64,000 bases of DNA from Eggerthellaceae bacterium (GTDB lineage: Bacteria > Actinomycetota > Coriobacteriia > Coriobacteriales > Eggerthellaceae). Position 1 is the first letter of the stretch, and each line of letters opens with the position of its first letter. The position numbers were made by a program, and so were the translations under genes. The stretch lies in contig JAFSHA010000017.1 in assembly GCA_017440565.1 (NCBI GenBank), positions 695 to 64,694 of the forward strand, written 5' to 3'. A model generated the notes under the pieces. The model ran no database searches. It was not told the origin of the DNA and worked only from the letters and a program-made list of their open reading frames with translations. Below are positions 62,995 through 64,000 of this stretch, one piece after another.

Positions 62995-64000
62995 TTACTT
63001 GATCAAGTCGATGATTTCACTCAGGAAATCAGACGGGTTACAGGATACCACGGCCACGCGCGCACCCGCCGCCTTTTCCACATCAGCAACACTCATGTCG
63101 TCAAGCGTCACGCCGTCGTCATTGAATACGACCGACGGAATGACGAAGAGAATCGAATGGCCGCCCTCGGAGGGGGCGGGGTATCCCGTGCTCAAACAGG
63201 CTTCGCTTTGTGAAACAGCCCACTGGGCTGTTTCAGTCGCTGCAGAACTGCGCGCGGGACACCCCGCCCCCTCCGAGGGCTGCCCCCCCACGCTTGCGAG
63301 AATAGCCTGAGAAATATCCTGACCAGTGAGCAGGCCCGTCACGTCAACGTTGCCGCCGAAGAAGCGGTTGGGCACCACGAGAGGCTCTAACTTGCCTTCA
63401 AGGCCGCATTCGGCGATGAGCTGGGACATGAAGGGCTCCATGGCCTGGCCCACCACGAAGCGAACGCAACCAACGCCACCTTCGTCAAGCGCGGCGGCAA
63501 AACGCTCAGTCAGGCCCTCTTCGCGTGCAGCGCGGAAGTCGTCAACATAGGAGCGAATGATGCCGATTCCGTCCTCAAACATGCTGAAGTCGCCGTAATG
63601 GCTGGTCGGAGGCAGGTTTTCCAGCAGCGCGTCACCGTAGGCGTTACGGTAGAACTCATCGGCTGCAAACACCCAAGGCGTCTCGCGTTCGGTCATGGCC
63701 CGCCTTTGGAAAGACTCGATGGCCTCGATGACGCTACGCGCTGCGTCGGGCTCATTGAAGCTGCGGGCAAAGTGCTTTTGGTGGCCCGTGTAGCCAAGCG
63801 GGACGATGCCGACATTCAGCACGCCGGGACGCGCATACGCCCACTCAAGCGTCTCGGCGAGCGCGTCGCCATCGTTAACGCCTGGCACCAGGACAATCTG
63901 CGCGTGAACCTCAATGCCCGCTGCCAGCAAGCGGTCAAGCGCCGCAAGGCCGTGTGCCGCATGGCGGCCTATGAGTGCGCGGCGAACATCTTCGCCCGCC
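62995..64000 (-). CDS. DUF512-domain protein (radical-SAM/PDZ-associated family); N-terminus off the right edge
   Basis: The frame stays open to the window end. QIVLVPGVNDG...GIVPLGYT...FFGGNVDVTGLLTGQDI, in the conserved position upstream of der. Confidence 0.7.
   Translation of the reverse strand, partial: AGEDVRRALIGRHAAHGLAALDRLLAAGIEVHAQIVLVPGVNDGDALAETLEWAYARPGVLNVGIVPLGYTGHQKHFARSFNEPDAARSVIEAIESFQRRAMTERETPWVFAADEFYRNAYGDALLENLPPTSHYGDFSMFEDGIGIIRSYVDDFRAAREEGLTERFAAALDEGGVGCVRFVVGQAMEPFMSQLIAECGLEGKLEPLVVPNRFFGGNVDVTGLLTGQDISQAILASVGGQPSEGAGCPARSSAATETAQWAVSQSEACLSTGYPAPSEGGHSILFVIPSVVFNDDGVTLDDMSVADVEKAAGARVAVVSCNPSDFLSEIIDLIK
63159..63284. repeat. 126-bp nested palindromic element lying in frame inside the DUF512 gene
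   Basis: 26-bp arms at 63163-88 and 63255-80 (25/26 complementary, about 30 bp with flanks) enclose a perfect 12-1-12 palindrome, TGAAACAGCCCA-C-TGGGCTGTTTCA (63211-35). The length is 42 codons. Confidence 0.85.

Noticed and set aside
1-64000. tRNA, rRNA, tmRNA, SRP RNA or RNase P RNA genes in intergenic regions
   Set aside because: I scanned the intergenic regions by eye for conserved cores (GGTTCGAATCC-type T-arms, the SRP GGAAG domain, the RNase P GAGGAAAGTCC motif) and saw none. This is a visual negative only and should be confirmed with tRNAscan-SE or Infernal.

Overview
High-GC (~63-65%) actinobacterial-type chromosome segment. Gene content and order look like Coriobacteriia/Eggerthellaceae, but that is inference only. 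Almost every gene is on the minus strand. Core blocks: degV, ppsR-like, glyQS, lepB, ffh-rpsP-KH-rimM-trmD, ftsY-smc-rnc-plsX-rpmF-yceD, coaD-rsmD-recG, rpmB next to asp23-yloV, nif3 plus Zn-ribbon, hisJ-like phosphatase, cysteine desulfurase, rpe, apt, plsY-der-DUF512. Accessory modules sit between them. (1) A dmsA-dmsB-torD-type operon has no dmsC anchor and is followed directly by a CxxCH (Tll0287-like) sensor kinase, a response regulator and an MFS gene. (2) A Tat-lipoprotein ABC importer is joined to an APH-fold kinase and a divergent nucleoside hydrolase. (3) higBA. (4) A second, divergent molybdopterin oxidoreductase locus has unusual architecture: nrfD-like anchor, short GntR, SPFH, a structured leader, catalytic subunit, FeS subunit, TorD-like chaperone, then an MsrQ/ferric-reductase-like membrane protein. 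This is my best candidate for an undescribed respiratory/reductase system. (5) A ~5.5 kb patchy-GC island holds small hypotheticals, a MITE-like inverted-repeat element, a beta-helix lipoprotein and an orphan HTH gene. Other points of note: an MGMT homolog whose active-site Cys is replaced (PAHR), several unusual repeat or palindromic elements (one is in frame inside the DUF512 gene), and matching stem-loops between the FeS-subunit and chaperone genes of both reductase operons. I recognised no rRNA, tRNA or CRISPR array. All family calls come from reading the translations by eye; no searches were run.
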